This document shows positions 23,546 to 37,077 of a stretch of DNA of 64,000 bases, piece by piece. How positions within the stretch are numbered: position 1 is the first letter of the stretch; the number at the start of each line of letters is the position of its first letter. The DNA lies in NCBI RefSeq assembly GCF_964213995.1, contig NW_027590274.1, forward strand, positions 434,001-498,000, given 5' to 3'. This DNA comes from Mustelus asterias (Eukaryota). The notes under the pieces are model-generated. The model was not told the DNA's origin. It was given only the letters and a program-made list of their open reading frames with translations, and ran no database searches. The position numbers and the translations under genes are program-made.

Positions 23546-25659
23546 CCTAGTCACAGCCCTCCAATCAGAAAAAGACCCCTCCATTGCTACTCTCTGTCTT
23601 CTATGGCTAAGCCAGTTCTGTACCCATCTCGCTAGTTCACCTTTGATCCCGTGAGGTTTAACCTTTTGCACCAGCCTGCCATGTGGGACCTTGTCAAATG
23701 CTTTACAAAAATCCACGTAGACGACATCCACGGCCCTTCCCTTGTCAATCATTTTTGTCACCTCCTCAAAAAACTCAACCAAATTTCCCTCATACAAAAC
23801 CATGTTGTCTATCGCTAATGAGACTATTCAGTTCTAAATGTGTATAGATCCTATCTCTAAGAATCTTCTCCAACAATTTCCCTACCATGGACGTTATGCT
23901 CACTGGCCTATAATTGTCCGGGTTATCCTTGCTACCCTTCTTAAATAACGGGACCACATTTGCTGTCCTCCAATCCTCTGGGACCTCACCTGTGTCCAAT
24001 GAAGAAACAAAGATTTCTGTTAGAGGCCCAGCAATTTCATCTCTTGTCTTTCTCAGTAACTGGAAGTCCCTTCCTCACAGCACTGTGGGTGTACGTACAC
24101 CTCAGGCATTGCAGCAGTTCAAGAAGGCACCCTTGGGGTTGGGGTTGACCATGGCCAAGGCAGCTACATAGCCACATATTCTGTTATAATTGAAGGACTG
24201 CAGACTGAATGTGAGGCATTGTGGGACTGGACTATCTTGACCATATTCCTGTGACTGCCCGGAAACTCATGTGTCTATTTTAGTTTATAATTGAAGATTT
24301 CTGGGAATAAGTTAAATGCGGAAATATTAAGCATCGCCTGGAGGAATTTGGAATAACTGAGAGTTTTATCCCCAGATAAAGAACAAAGATTTTGCCGGTG
24401 TTTGGGTGTAACGTGTTTGGGATTTTAAATCAACAAAGATGTTGCCTCTAAATCAATCCTTGTAAGTTGGCTTAAAAAAGGTGAAGTTATAATGAAGGAT
24501 ATTGTATCTGATTTTAATCAAGGAGTTATGAGCTTGTAGTGCTCTGTCGCTTTAAGAAGCTATAGCTGCGAGAGAGAATGCTGAGGATTCATTGGTTGAA
24601 ATTTACGAGCTGTGAGAATCTGTGTGTTTTGTTTGTTTTATGTGGATGTTTGTAGATGTGTTTTATCATTGTTTTGGGCTACATTTGTTAAGGTTTATCT
24701 TTCTGGAGAATTAACCTTACCTTGAGTCTTTAATTAAAGGCATTTTTGGAAGTTTAAAAACAGGATCACAAGAACGCTTAAGTAATTCATCCTGCTTATT
24801 GTTGTTGTAAAGCACATGCTGTGTTTCTCTGTTTGTGTGTGGATGATATTTGTGGGTTGAACACTTCAAGTTTTGAGGTTTTCTGTCTGTGATTTAAATC
24901 AAACAGATTTTTAAAAAAGGAAGTGTGATTAATAAAACTTTTTTGTTCAGAAGTTATGAACCTGGAGCCATATTTACTGGCCAGAGACAGGATTCCAGGA
25001 TATTTTATTAAACATGTGGGAATTTTAATCCGGATACAATTCACCCATGTGAGAATGAGAGTTTTAATTTGTAATGGTTATTTAAAATTTGACACATGTG
25101 AAATGATTCTGACCAATCCTGTGTTGGATTGATCTTGGGTTAAACTTCCTGTCAGGTCCAAAGATTTATTCCTGACGCAAGTAACACAAAGAAAAGGAAA
25201 ATTCTGGAATTGGATCCTGAAGAAGAGTTTAAAAAGAGAGAGTATTAAAGAGAAATGTTCCCAGACCATGTGGTCATTAGATTAAAACAAAGGAAGAGTG
25301 CTAACGTCCATTTGAGAACTTGTAATCCACCCCATTTCTAACTAAGGGAGTCTATGTACAAAGAAAGCCCAAGAAAGACCCCCCCCCCAAGGGGGGTCTG
25401 GAAAGCATCATGATGGGGGCACCTGTCCATGAGATGATCACAAAGCCCCATAATGCCCAGTTACTACTTTGATTGAACCTATAATGTATGTAATCTATCA
25501 CCATTCTGATTGGATTGTGTCCAGCCGGGATGGGCTGAGTAACTGGATAAGAATTGATGATATTCTGTGTTGGGTGGAGTTGCACATGGTCAGCCCCTGT
25601 GGCTTCTCCCCGCTGGCGTAACTCAATAAACTGTTTGTCGATTGAATCAGTCACAACAC

Positions 25660-26727
25660 ACTGGGTACATTACCACTTCATCCTTGGGAGTGGCCTGATA
25701 GGCCGTGCTCCAGACTAAATGTGGCCTTTGGGGGGCCTTTCATGAATCACATGTGTTTGGTCATTGTAAATGTGCATTCAAAATGGTTGGAAGCACAGAT
25801 CATGAGTAATATTCCAGCTCCTGTGGCAATAGAGAAGCTCTGTCAAATTTTCACTTGCCCTGGGTTACCAGATTTGCTTGTTTCAGATAACGACACTCTG
25901 TTTACAAGTGAGGTGTTTCAGGAATTCCTGTAAAGGAATGGTCTACGCCATGTGCGTACTGCACCGTTTCATCTGGCTACAAATGGTCTCGCAGAAAGAG
26001 CTGTTCAAACTCTGAAGGAGGGATTGAAGAGAATGGCAGGCGATACTTTAAGAACAAGCTCTCAAGATTTTTGTTCCAGTTTCGCATCACACCACAATCC
26101 ACAACCGGACTCTCTCCTGTGGAATTTTTAGGTAGAAGGTTGAGGTCACATCTGGATCTGCTTCATCCAGATCTCAGAGCAAAAGTGAGCAGGAAACAAG
26201 AGAAGCAGAAGGAGGGACAGGACTGCCACGCCAAAGAGAGGCAGTTCAAACCGGGTGATCAGGTTTACATCAGAAAGTTTGGGAGTAACCAAAGGTGGTT
26301 ACCGGGAATAATTTTAAACCAAAGTGGTCCAGTATCTTGGGTGGTGAGACTGTAAAATGGAAGAGTTGTTCACAGACACCAAGACCATATTCGCTTGCGG
26401 TGTGACCCCGAGTCAGGAACAGTTTCAGAGTCAGCAACCATTACTGAGAACATGGCAGAGGGTCATGCTGCTGTGGATGTTCACCAGGAAATGGTTCCAG
26501 CTTTGCCAGTTGACTCTGCTGTGGGAGTGGAAGAGGAATGTTCATGTACAGATTCTCAAACTACCTCTTCACCTCCCATTCCAGATCCACCATTACAAGA
26601 TTTACCAGTGGTATTGTACAGGTCGCAATGCAACCACAAAGCTCCTGACAGACTTCCGTATTGTTAAAGACATTACTTTGTTGTATTTCTGTCCTGATGG
26701 GGGATTGAAATTTAAGGGGAGGAGAAG
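25660..26727 (+). mobile_element. Gypsy-like integrase pseudogene with polypurine tract
   Basis: HPWEWPDRP, GPF, VSDN and NGLAERAVQTLKEGL rve motifs with stops and frameshifts; PPT AAGGGGAGGAGAAG 26714-26727 then TGTTAC. Confidence 0.85.
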
Positions 26728-27150
26728 TGTTACAGAGTGTTCTTCTCAGCCTCTCTCCCTTCTGAGCACGTGCGGGCTTTGGGCGGGCTTTCAGTCTGCA
26801 AGTCCAGGCTGGTTCCAATGCTCCTGTTTCCTTTTGTTTGCCAATGATTTTTAAACTTTCTTATTTATATAAAGAAGATCCTGCTTTTCACAATGCATTT
26901 GACTACCTTATTTGTGGACTGAAGTTTCCACAATTGTAAAGCAGGAGATGAGTTAAATGGACAGCCTGAATTGAGAGACAATTAAAGAATAAATGATTCA
27001 TTAATACAGATGTTAGGATGGAAATGTAAATTTGAATACAAAAGTTTACAACGTTTAGAATTATAAAGATATAAAGAATGTTTAAAATGCTGTGGGAATT
27101 ATAAAATGTTACCTTCTGGCACCAACCGAATAGAAAGAAACAGATCACAA

Positions 27151-27490
27151 GGGCCACACGGTAGCACAGTGGTTAGCACTGCTGCTTCACAGCTCCAGGG
27201 ACCCGGGTTCGATTCCCGGCTTGGGTCACTGTCTGTGTGGAGTTTGCACATTCTCCTCGTGTCTGCGTGGGTTTCCTCCGGGTGCTCCGGTTTCCTCCCA
27301 CAGTCCAAAGATGTGCGGGTTAGGTTGATTGGCCAGGTTAAAAAAATTGCCCCTTAGAGTCCTGGGATGCGTAGGTTAGAGGGATTAGTGGGTAAAATAT
27401 GTGGGGGTGGGGCCTGGTGGGATTGTGGTCGGTGCAGACTCGATGGGCCGAATGGCCTCCTTCTGCACTGTAGGGTTTCTATGATTTCTA
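27151..27490 (+). mobile_element. Young V-SINE
   Basis: Near-identical to the 11550 copy; absent from the paralogous site near 6183. Confidence 0.92.
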
Positions 27491-27502
27491 CGAAGACTTG
27501 GT

Positions 27503-27805
27503 GGCGTGGCGCGGTGCCACAGTGGTTAGCACTGCTGCCTCACAGTGCCAGGGACCTGGGCTCAATTCCCGGCTTGGGTGACTATGAGGAGTCTGCACGT
27601 CTCCCCCGTGTCTGCGTGGGTTTCCTCCGGGTGCTCCAGTTTCCTCCCACAGTCCGAAAGACGTGCTGGTTAGGTACATTAGCCATGTTAAATTCTCAAT
27701 CAGTGTAACCGATCAGACGCCAGAGTGCGGAAACTAAGGGATTTTCACAGTAACTTCATTGCAGTGTTAACGTAAGCCTACTGGTGACACTAATAAATAA
27801 ACTTT
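27503..27805 (+). mobile_element. V-SINE with alternative tail
   Basis: Paralog of 6195-6495. Confidence 0.85.
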
Positions 27806-28129
27806 AATACTTTCTTAACCTTGACTGGAGGGAATGAATCAGTTCCTGTTCAAGATGTCTCAACATTGAATGACTGATGTTAACCAATTATTGGTCAACA
27901 CTCAGGCTACCCCAAGCTAAGAGATATCGTTTGAGAGAAAGAATTGTCTTAAAATTCAGACAATGTGTGCAACTCGCTAAAAACCAAACCAGTTTCATTA
28001 TTGACAAGTTATAGACCAATTGGCTAATTCCCAACAATTGGCTGAGCTGGGCTTTCTACATTTTGAAAGGATAAAAAAGGGGATTCAAGAAACCAATTTG
28101 GTAGATGTTTTTAAAAGTTTAAGGTTTTT

Positions 28130-28382
28130 TAAAGTTTATTTATTAGTGTCACACATTCACACTGCAATGAAGTTACTCTGAAAATTCCCCAGTCACCACG
28201 CTCTGGCGCCTGTTCCGGTAAACCGAGGGAGAATTTAGCATGCTCAATGTACCTAACCAGCAAGTCCTTCGGTCTGTGGGAGAAATCCACACAGACTGGG
28301 GCAGAATATGCCGACTCTGCACAGACAGTGACCCAAGCCGGGTCCCTGGCGCTGTGAGGCAGCAGTGCTAACTACTGTGCCC
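28130..28382 (-). mobile_element. V-SINE with alternative tail
   Basis: Paralog of 6820-7083. Confidence 0.8.
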
Positions 28383-28778
28383 TACAGAGAGGTGTTGAAA
28401 GCTGTTGATTTTACAAGTTATCCATGTTTTCAGAGTGGTCACTTTTTGTCCTGGTCTGAGAAGGATGGAGAAAAGTCTGTTCAATTGTTCAAGTTAAGCT
28501 TTCTCCTTTTACTGTTAATAGATGCTTTGCTTTTTTTATCCTTCTCTCTTACATTTTTAATCGTTAATAAACTTTCCGAATTCACCATTTAAAGCGTTAT
28601 TTCTTGCCATTTGGTTAAGTCACTGGAACCTGGTGTGATTTACGATTAGGGAGGTTATTGTAAACAAGTGAACCCTATAAATCTTCATTTAAATAAATCA
28701 AAGTTTTTACAAATGGAATGCTATCCTTTATTACGAGGGAAATTGAACATCGGAAAGAGGATGTTATGCTTCAGTTAT

Positions 28779-29390
28779 GATGTGGAGATGCTGACGTTGG
28801 ACTGGGGTAAACACAGTAAGAAGTCTCACAACACCAGGTTAAAGTCCAACAAGTTTACTTGGCAGCAAAAGCCACTAGCTTTTGGAGTGCTGCTCCTTCA
28901 TCAGGTGAGTGGGAGTTCTGTTCACAAACAGGGCATATAAAGACACAAACTCAATTTACAAAATAATGGTTGGAATGCGAGTCTTTACAGGTAATCAAGT
29001 CTTAAAGGTACAGACAATGTGAATGGAGAGAGGGCCAAGCACAGGTTAAAGAGGTGTGTATTGTCTCCAGCCAGGACAGTTAGTGAGATTTTGCAAGCCC
29101 AGGCAAGTCGTGGGGGTTACAGATAGTGTGACATAAACCCAAGATCCCGGTTGAGGCCATCCTCATGTGTGCGGAACTTGGCTATCAGTTTCTGCTCAGC
29201 GATTCTGCGTTGTCGTGTGTTGTGAAGGCCGCCTTGGAGAACGCTTACCCGAAGATCAGAGGCTGAATGCCCCTGACTGCTGAAGTGTTCCTCAAGTTAA
29301 GGGAACACTCCTGCCTGGTGATTGTCGAGCGGTGTTCATTCATTCGTTGTCGTAGCGTCTGCATGGTCTCCCTAATGTACCATGCCTTGG
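28779..29390 (-). mobile_element. Penelope-like element 3' end: GIY-YIG endonuclease fragment and pLTR
   Basis: Reverse translation AWYIRETMQTLRQRMNEHR...HF...LIAKFRTHEDGLNRDLGFMSHYL* (stop 29117-29119); pLTR hammerhead is mutated. Confidence 0.85.
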
Positions 29391-30727
29391 GACAGGAGCG
29401 GTGCCAGAGGACTGGAGGACAGCTGATATGGTACCACTCGTCAAGAGGGAAGTAGGGAAAAAAACAACAAATTCCTGGCCAGTGAGTCTAACTTCAGCAA
29501 TAGGGAAACGATTGGAAAAAGTTCTGGGGGACAGAATTAATTTCCACTTGGGGAGGTGAGGATTAATCAAGGATGGGCAGCATGGTTTTGGCAAAGAGAG
29601 ATCATGCCTTACAAATCTGGTTGAATTTTTGAGGAGGTGACTCGGTGTGTAGATGAGGGGAGTTAAGTTGATGTCGTCAACATGGACTTCATTAAGGCTT
29701 TTGACAAGGTCCCACATGGGAGGCTGACGGAGAAGGTAAAAGCCCATGGGATCCAGGGCAATTTGCCAAACTGGACCCAAAATTGTGTTTGTGACTGGAT
29801 GCCTGTGTTTAGTGATGTTCTGCAGGGATTGGTGCTGCGTTGCTTGTTGCTTGTAGTGTACGTTAATGACCTGGATATGAATATAGGAGGTATGATAAGT
29901 AAGTTTGCAGATGACACAAAAATTGATGATGTGCTAAAAACCGAGGAGCAAAACCTTAGATTACAGGACAATATCGACAGGGCGGCACAGAGGCACTGCT
30001 GCCTCACAGTGCCAGGGACCCAAGTTTGATTCCCGGCTTGCGTCACCCTCTGCGTGGAGTCTGCACGTTCTCCCCATGTCTGCGTGGGTTTCCTCCGGGT
30101 GCTCCGGTTTCCTCCCACAGTCCAAAAGATGTGTTGATTAGGTGCATTGGTCATGCTAAATTCTCCCTCAGTGTACCTAAACAGGCGCTGGAGTGTGGCG
30201 ACTCAGGGATTTTCACAGTAACTTCACTGCAGTGTTAATGTAAGCCTACTTGTGACACTAGTAAATAAACCTTAAAACTTTAGTTAGATGGGCAGAACAG
30301 TGGCAAGTGGAATTCAACCCTGAAAAGTTTAGGTAATTTTTGGAGGACAAGCAAAGTAACGGAATGCACAATGAATGGTCAGATCTTAGGAAGTACAGAG
30401 GATCAGAGGGACCTTGGTGTGCATGTCCATAGATCTCTGAAGACAGCAGGACAGTTACATAAGGTGGTTCAGAACGCACATGGGATACTTGCCTTTATTA
30501 ACCAAGGCATTGAATATATGGCTGTAGAGATTCACATTCTAATCAGTATTCTGTAACTTAAGACTTCCCTGGTTAGTCACATGAGCAGCCTGGGAATGGA
30601 GGGATACAAACGATTGGTCTAGTTGGCCCAAGGAGCGGCACAGGCTTGGAGGGCCGAAGGGCCTGTTTCCTGTGCTGTACTGTTCTTTGTTCTTTGATTT
30701 TGTGCCTCTGTATGCCCTGTTTCCACT

Positions 30728-30764
30728 CCATCTGACGAAGGAGCAGCGCTCCGAAAGCTTATGG
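30728..30764 (+). ncRNA. Minimal type I hammerhead ribozyme
   Basis: CCAT-CTGACGA-A-GGAGC agc GCTCC-GAAA-GC-TT-ATGG. Confidence 0.75.
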
Positions 30765-30886
30765 TATTTGCTACCAAATAAACCTGTTGGACTTTAACCT
30801 GGTGTTGTGAGACTTCTTACTGTGTTCACCCCAGTCCAACACCGGCATCTCCACATCATGGCCCTGTTTGAGAGCAGATATCCACT

Positions 30887-30923
30887 CCATCTGACGAAGG
30901 AGCAGCACTCCGAAAGCTAATGG
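30887..30923 (+). ncRNA. Minimal type I hammerhead ribozyme, second copy
   Basis: CCAT-CTGACGA-A-GGAG cagca CTCC-GAAA-GC-TA-ATGG. Confidence 0.72.
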
Positions 30924-32360
30924 CATTTGCTACCAAATAAACCTGTTGGACTTTAACCTGGTGTTGTTAAAACTCTTACTGTGTTTACCCCAGTCCAACG
31001 CCGGCATCTCCACATCATTGAATATAAGGGCAGGGAGGTTATGATGGAGCTGTATAAAACACTGGATAGGCCACAGCTGGAGTACTGTGTGCAGTTCTGG
31101 TCGCCACACTATAGGAAGGATGTAATTGCACTGGAGAAGGTGCAGAGGAGATTCACCAGGGTGTTGGCTGGGCTGGAGTGTTTCAGCTATGAGGAGAGGC
31201 TGGATAGGCTGGTATTGTTTTTCTTGGAGCAGAGAAGGGTGAGGGGGACCTGATTGAGGTGTATAAAATTCTGAGGGGCACAGATAGGGGGCATAGGAAG
31301 GAACTTTTCTCTTTAGTCGAGGGGTCAATAATCAGGGGCCTGGATTTAATTTCAGGAGCAGGAGGTTTATAGGAGAAGTGAGGAGAAATCTTTTGACCCA
31401 GAGGGGGTGAGAATCTGGCACTCAGTGCCTGAAAGAGTAGTAGAGGTGGGAAGCTTCACAACATTTAAGAAGAATTTAGTTAAGCTTTTGAAATGCCATG
31501 GCATACAAGGTTACGCACAAAGAGTGGAAAATGGGATTGGAATAGAACGGTCCTTGATGGCCTGTGCAAACATGATGGGCCGAAGGGCCTCTTTCCATGC
31601 TGTAAAACTCCACGTTAGCAGCAAGTTCAATATCATCATCAGTCACAACCCCCCTGTATCTTCACTAACAGAAACAATCCATTTAAAACATTTTTAGTCG
31701 AGGAATGTAGCTGTTAGGAATATTTCTGTTAGGCCGGCATCCTGCATGGAGATTTCCAGCTGTGTGTGTCCAGAACAGGAAGCAGTGAGCATGGATCTGT
31801 CAATCAGCCTCAATCAGCACCTTCAGGAGAATTGGAAGGGTGAATATTAGATACAGCAGAGTGAGAATGGAGGGAGAGTGAGTGGGATGGAGATTTACAG
31901 CTTTTGGAGAATGAGGGAGGAAAGAATGTTCCATAGAAACTAGAATTGTTCTGAATTTCTATCCTGTAATGACACTGATCACTTCTGTAAACTCCTTTTA
32001 CAGGATATTGGAAGGGGAGGATTTACAGACAGAAATCTCAAACATAATGTCACATCAACATCTGACATCTTCACTCAATTCATTGGGATCTGAATATATC
32101 GATCTTTGATTCTCGAAGGAGAAATGTTTCCCTGTTCTGTCTGCTTCAAAAACTTTAATCATTTGTGTGACTGGAAAAGCACCAAGGCACTGATACACCC
32201 AACTGAGAGCATTCCAGTGCACTGAGAGTGGTAAGAGCTTTAACCAGTTACACTGTCTGAAAATACATCGCAGCATTCACAGCGGGGAGGGACTGTACCC
32301 GTGTTCTGTGTGAGATTTAACTGATTGTTTAACCTGGAGAGTCACAAGGACACCCGCACC

Positions 32361-33034
32361 ATGGAGAAACCGTGGAAATGTGGGGACTGTGGGAAGGGAT
32401 TCATATCCCCATCTCAGCTGGAAGCTCATCGGCGCAGTCACACTGGGGAGAGACCATTCACTTGCTGTGTCTGTGGCAAGGGATTCAGTCAGTTATCGAA
32501 TCTGCAGACACACCAGCGAGTTCACACTGGGGAGAGGCCTTTCACCTGCTCTCACTGTGGGGAGGGATTCATTCGGTTATCCAGCCTGCAGACACATCAG
32601 CAAGTTCATTCTGGCGAGAGACCGTTCACCTGCTCTCAGTGTGGGAAGAGATTCACTCAGACATCCCACTTACGAAAACACCAGCGAGTTCACACTGGGG
32701 AGAGACCGTTCACCTGCTCTCAGTGTGGGGACGATTCACTCAGTCATCCGCCCTGCGGAGACACCAACGAGTTCACACTGGGGAGAAGCTGTTCAGTTGC
32801 TCTCAGTGTCTAAAGGGATTCACTCAATTATCCCACCTGCAGACACATCAGCAAGTTCACACTGGGGAGAGGCCGTTCACCTGCTCTCAGTGTGGAAAGG
32901 GGTTCACTCAGTCATCCACCCTGCGGAGACACCAGCGAGTTCACACTGGGCAGAGACCATTCACCTGCTCTCAGTGTGGGAAGAGTTTCAGAACTTCATC
33001 CGCCCTGCTGAGACACCAACCAATTCACAAGTGA
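32361..33034 (+). pseudogene. C2H2 ZNF-5, 8 fingers, 1-bp frameshift
   Basis: MEKPWKC; TGTGGGGACGATTC near 32730 shifts frame; acceptor ends at 32003. Confidence 0.88.
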
Positions 33035-34879
33035 TTCCAGAGGTTGGATTCTGCTGACATTGTTTCTGCTTTCAATTACATCCAGGACTGCATTTTGTTC
33101 ATTCTCACAGTTGGTCAATGGGGAGGGTCGGAGGGTTTCTTTCTGCTGGACTGGCCAGTCTCATGACTTTGCCTCCCGTGGGCTGAGTCTTGTTGCGAAT
33201 ACCTGGTTTCAAATTTCACACGGATCACAGAGTGACAGGGTGTTAGGAAGTTAAGACATGTTCAGTCAGCATTTCTATTTGAAACACCGCCTAAATGCCA
33301 ATCGAATTTCCTTTGCAATAGTTTGTTGTTTCCACTTCCTCCACGCTCGTAGGCAGCGAGTTCCAGAACATTACCATTCGCTGCATCAAAATATTCTTCC
33401 TCACATCCCCCCCCCCCTGCATCTCTGACCCAAAACCATAAATCTGTGTCCCCCTCGTCCTTGTCCCGTCAGCTAATGGGAACAGCTTTTCTTTGTCCAA
33501 CTTATCTCAACCTGTCAGAATTTTGTCCACCTATATCAAATCTCCCCCTCAACCTCCTTTGCTCCATGGAGAACCCCAGCCTGACATTGACAATAAAGAA
33601 CAAACTGGTGACAGTCTGGAATGTGTAGCTGGAAAACCCTCCCTAACAGCACTGTGGGTGTACTTACAGTAGTTCAAGAAGGCAGTGTTGGGGTTGACCA
33701 TGGCTGAGGCAGCTACATACAGCCACATATTCTGTTATAATTGAAGGACTGCAGATTGAATGTGAGGCATTATGGGACTGGACTATCTTGACCACATTCC
33801 TGTGACTGCTCAGTTTCTGCAATCACGGACCATTAAAGCTGCTTAGCAGGGCCCCGATAGAGGATGTGGTGAGAATATTTACTCAGAATGAGTTCGAATT
33901 AAACTTATTCCAGAACACTGGCTGGTGTTCAGCAGCTGATATACCCGAATTTGTAAAAAGAGGGTCTGACCAATCAACAAACCACGGTAGGTAGTCGGTT
34001 AAGAAGTGAAGGAGCGTTCTCAGGCATTGTTTAAATTATTTTATCATAAATTTGTGATGAGAACTGTGAGGGACTTGTGACCCAATAGTCGGTGAGGTGA
34101 CGGTATACTCCAAGTAGCACTGGACTGAAAAGCAGACCTCTGAGAGTCGATTCTAATGGTTATAATCCTACCCAAGCATGGTCAGTGAAAAATCAGAGCT
34201 CAAGTGGGGACCGGACAGGTCTCTTACCTGCCATTTGGAAACTAAAAAGAAGAAACATATTGATAAAATAATTAGAGAATAGAGCCAACGTTTCAAGTCT
34301 GAATGACACTTCGTAAGAGCTCTTATGAAGGGACATCTAGACTCGAAATATTGGCTCTATTCTCTCTCCACAGATGCTATCAGACCCGCTGAGATTTTCC
34401 AGCATTTTCTGGGTTTTTTTTCAGATTCCAGCATCCACAGTATTTCACTTTTATGATAAAATGATTCGATCTGATTGGAATCCCCACGACCCTCCCGCAT
34501 TGTTCTGACTCTACCAGCTGGGCTGTGGAATTAATTGGATAGATCTTCCAGAGAGCCAGCAGAGACATAATGAGCCAAATGATTTCTATTTATGCTGTAT
34601 CATTCTCTAAAAGAGTGAATATTCAGTATCAGGGACAGAGAGAAGAACCAGTGACTGTGCGATTGAACCCAGCCAGAATCAGCACCATAAAGGGAGGAGT
34701 GAGAGGGAAACGGTGTAAAAGCTTTGAAACCATTACATGGTCCTGCAGCAGAACTTTGAGAAATGGAGCACAGCAATGTACCAATTCTCAATAATTCATT
34801 AATTTACCTCAAATGCTAACAATGTTATTTTTGAATTAACTGTATGAGGTTTCAATGGCGGTTATTACCCAGCATTCAC

Positions 34880-35230
34880 TGCGGGTGTGAAAGTGCCCTA
34901 TTCACTCCACAGGAGCCCAGTGCGCAGGCGCAGCGCTGTATCTGGGGCATGCGCAGTGCCACTTTGCTCGGAGCCCTGCGAGTGCTGGAGACGCTTATTT
35001 CAAGGGGTGAGAATCGGTGGGGCGGAGGGAGGAATGGAACCGGGAGCCGAGGTGGGGAGGGAACAGAGGCTTCACAAACATCTGCTGCAGGCCGCAAGGC
35101 CTGAATTAGAGCCTTCTGGTCCCGGGTTTGCAGCTCCGGGGATTTTATCCGGGATCAGGCCCAGTGCCGTAGCCGCCATTTTTGTTTAGCGTGGAGCAGA
35201 GCGCATGCGCGGCCAGTGGGCGGAGCTTCA
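34880..35230 (+). promoter_or_regulatory. CpG-island promoter and exon 1 (type A)
   Basis: TGCGCAGGCGCA 34921; GCATGCGCA 34947; donor-like GTGAGA 35007; YY1-like GCCGCCATTTT 35172; GCGCATGCGC 35201. Confidence 0.7.
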
Positions 35231-35364
35231 GGATTTGGGTGACCAGGAGAGACAATGTTTGAGTTATTGACTGATAGGCCGGGTTAATGGATGCTGCCTT
35301 TCCCGGGGGAAGGTGCTGCAGGGGGAATGTGCGGCCATTGGAATAACAGAATAAAAACATGATC

Positions 35365-35865
35365 AAAATTAGGAGCAGGAGGGGGCATCTAGACCCATCG
35401 AGGCTGCTCCGCCATTCAGTAAACACATGACTTAACTCAATTTTCCTCCAGCCCCAACCTCTCTAACTCATCACTCCCTGGTCGGTAAAATGGTATATAA
35501 CACAGTTTTGAATATACTCAATGAGCCGGCCTCTACTGTTCAATGAGGGAGAGAGTTTCACAGCTTACTGAACTTCTGAGAGAAGCAATTTCTCCTCATC
35601 TCTGTCTTAGATCATTATTTTTAAATTGTTCTCGCAGTTCCAGATTCCCTGTTGAGGGGTAAACCCTTTCAGCGTTGACTCTGTCAAGCACCTTCAGAAT
35701 CTCATATGTTTCAGTAAGATCACATCTCATTTATTTAAAATCCAATGAGCATAGATGCACCCTGCCTAACCTTTCCTCATAAAACAGACCCCTTCATGCC
35801 CAAAATCAGCGAGTGAACCTTGTCTGAATTGCTTCCAATGTAAGTATATTCCATCTTAAGTAATC
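35365..35865 (-). mobile_element. Old CR1 3' fragment
   Basis: Diverged CR1 3' UTR and RT end. Confidence 0.6.
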
Positions 35866-35929
35866 TTATGCTAGAAAACAGGAGAGGAGAATGTTATGGA
35901 TTTATATTCAGGACTGACAAATGACTGTT

Positions 35930-36278
35930 GGAGGTAACACAGTGGTTAGCACTTCTGTCTCATAGCGCCAGAGACCCGGTTCAATTCCAGCCTCGGGTGA
36001 TTGTCTGTATGGAGTTTGCACATTCTCCCTCTGTCCATGTGGGTTTCCTCTGGGAGCTCTGGTTTCCTCCCACATTCCAAAGATGTGCAGGTTAGGTTGA
36101 TCGATAGTGCTAAATTGTCCCTTTGTGTCCCAAGATGAGGGGGAAGGAAAGGGGAGGATTAGTGATGTACGTACATCAGGTTACAGGGATAGGGTCTGAG
36201 TAAAGGTGCTGTTAGAAACTTGGTGCAGACTCAATGGCCTAAAAGGCCTCCTTCTGCACTGCAGAAATTCTGTGATTT
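35930..36278 (+). mobile_element. V-SINE, diverged
   Basis: Head, core and tail motifs present. Confidence 0.8.
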
Positions 36279-36395
36279 TGGAATCTCCTTGGTTCGAAGA
36301 AGAGGATTTTCAAGCAATCTCAAACCCCCAAAAAATGTGTATCTCTTAATTTCAAGCCACAATTAACACATGACTCTTGTAATCTCCTTTTGCAG

Positions 36396-36499
36396 GGAGT
36401 TAGAATATTTGAAGATTGCAATTCTTCTCTGATTCCAGTGCTTCTGACATCTTTCCAGCCGCAGGTTTCAAATTAGAAAACACTGAAATTGTTTCAGAG
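36396..36499 (+). other. Candidate internal non-coding exon
   Basis: CTCCTTTTGCAG acceptor and GAG|GTGAGT donor, between a type A promoter and ZNF-6. Confidence 0.5.
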
Positions 36500-37077
36500 G
36501 TGAGTATTGTTGAACATTTACCTATAATTTTGAATTTTCCTGCTGTGCTCTGTTATCTGTACTCTGGTTCCACATCTCTGGGGCTGGTGTGACTCCGTTA
36601 CTGTGGATCTGAATCCATGTCCATCCATTGCTTTGTTTCACCTCTGCCCTCCCTGATCACCTCTCTGTCATTGTCAGTTCAGAGAAGGATCTGCAGGCTG
36701 ATACCTGGGATGAAGGTGTTGTTTTGTGAGGAAAGTTTGGGACTGTACTGACTGGAGTTTAGAGGTGATCATAGTATTGACATCAGATTGTGAGGTAGTG
36801 ATTAGTATCGATGAAGAGAGGATGTTTCCAATGTTGGGGATTCTAGAATTAGTGGGCAGATTGTCAAAATAAAGGGTCCCCCATTTCTGATGGCGAGGAG
36901 GAGAAATGTCTTCCCTCAGAGGGCCGTTAGTCTTTGCAATTCTCTTCCCCAGAGAGCAGTGGAGGCTGCATCATTAAATATACTCAAAACACAGAGATTT
37001 TTGATTGAAAAGGGAGTCAAGGGTGACAGGAAGAAAAGTGGAGTTCAGATCACAATCAGATCAGCCATGATCTTGAT

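Larger units (their letters stand above)
21435..24060 (-). mobile_element. CR1 LINE (RT to 3' end) hosting nested Penelope and CR1 insertions
   Basis: RT pieces in ORFs 23790..23999, 23510..23803, 22154..22378, 21768..22205 and 21554..21763. Confidence 0.88.
24262..28778 (+). repeat. Spacer duplicon
   Basis: Colinear with 5310-7470 and, inverted, with 57500-61035. Confidence 0.85.
30519..31018 (+). mobile_element. Penelope-like non-autonomous element with tandem pLTRs
   Basis: Two units of about 159 bp; flanked by CATTGAATATA at 30508-30518 and 31016-31026. Confidence 0.8.
29391..31610 (+). mobile_element. Older CR1 with nested SINE (29980-30275), Penelope (30519-31018) and CR1 tail (30560-30695)
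   Basis: DFIKAFDKVPH, KFADDTK, RPQLEYCVQFWSP. Confidence 0.85.

Noticed and set aside
28870-28908. Further hammerheads at about 28870 and 39945
   Set aside because: Catalytic GAAA is mutated to AAAA, so they are unlikely to be active
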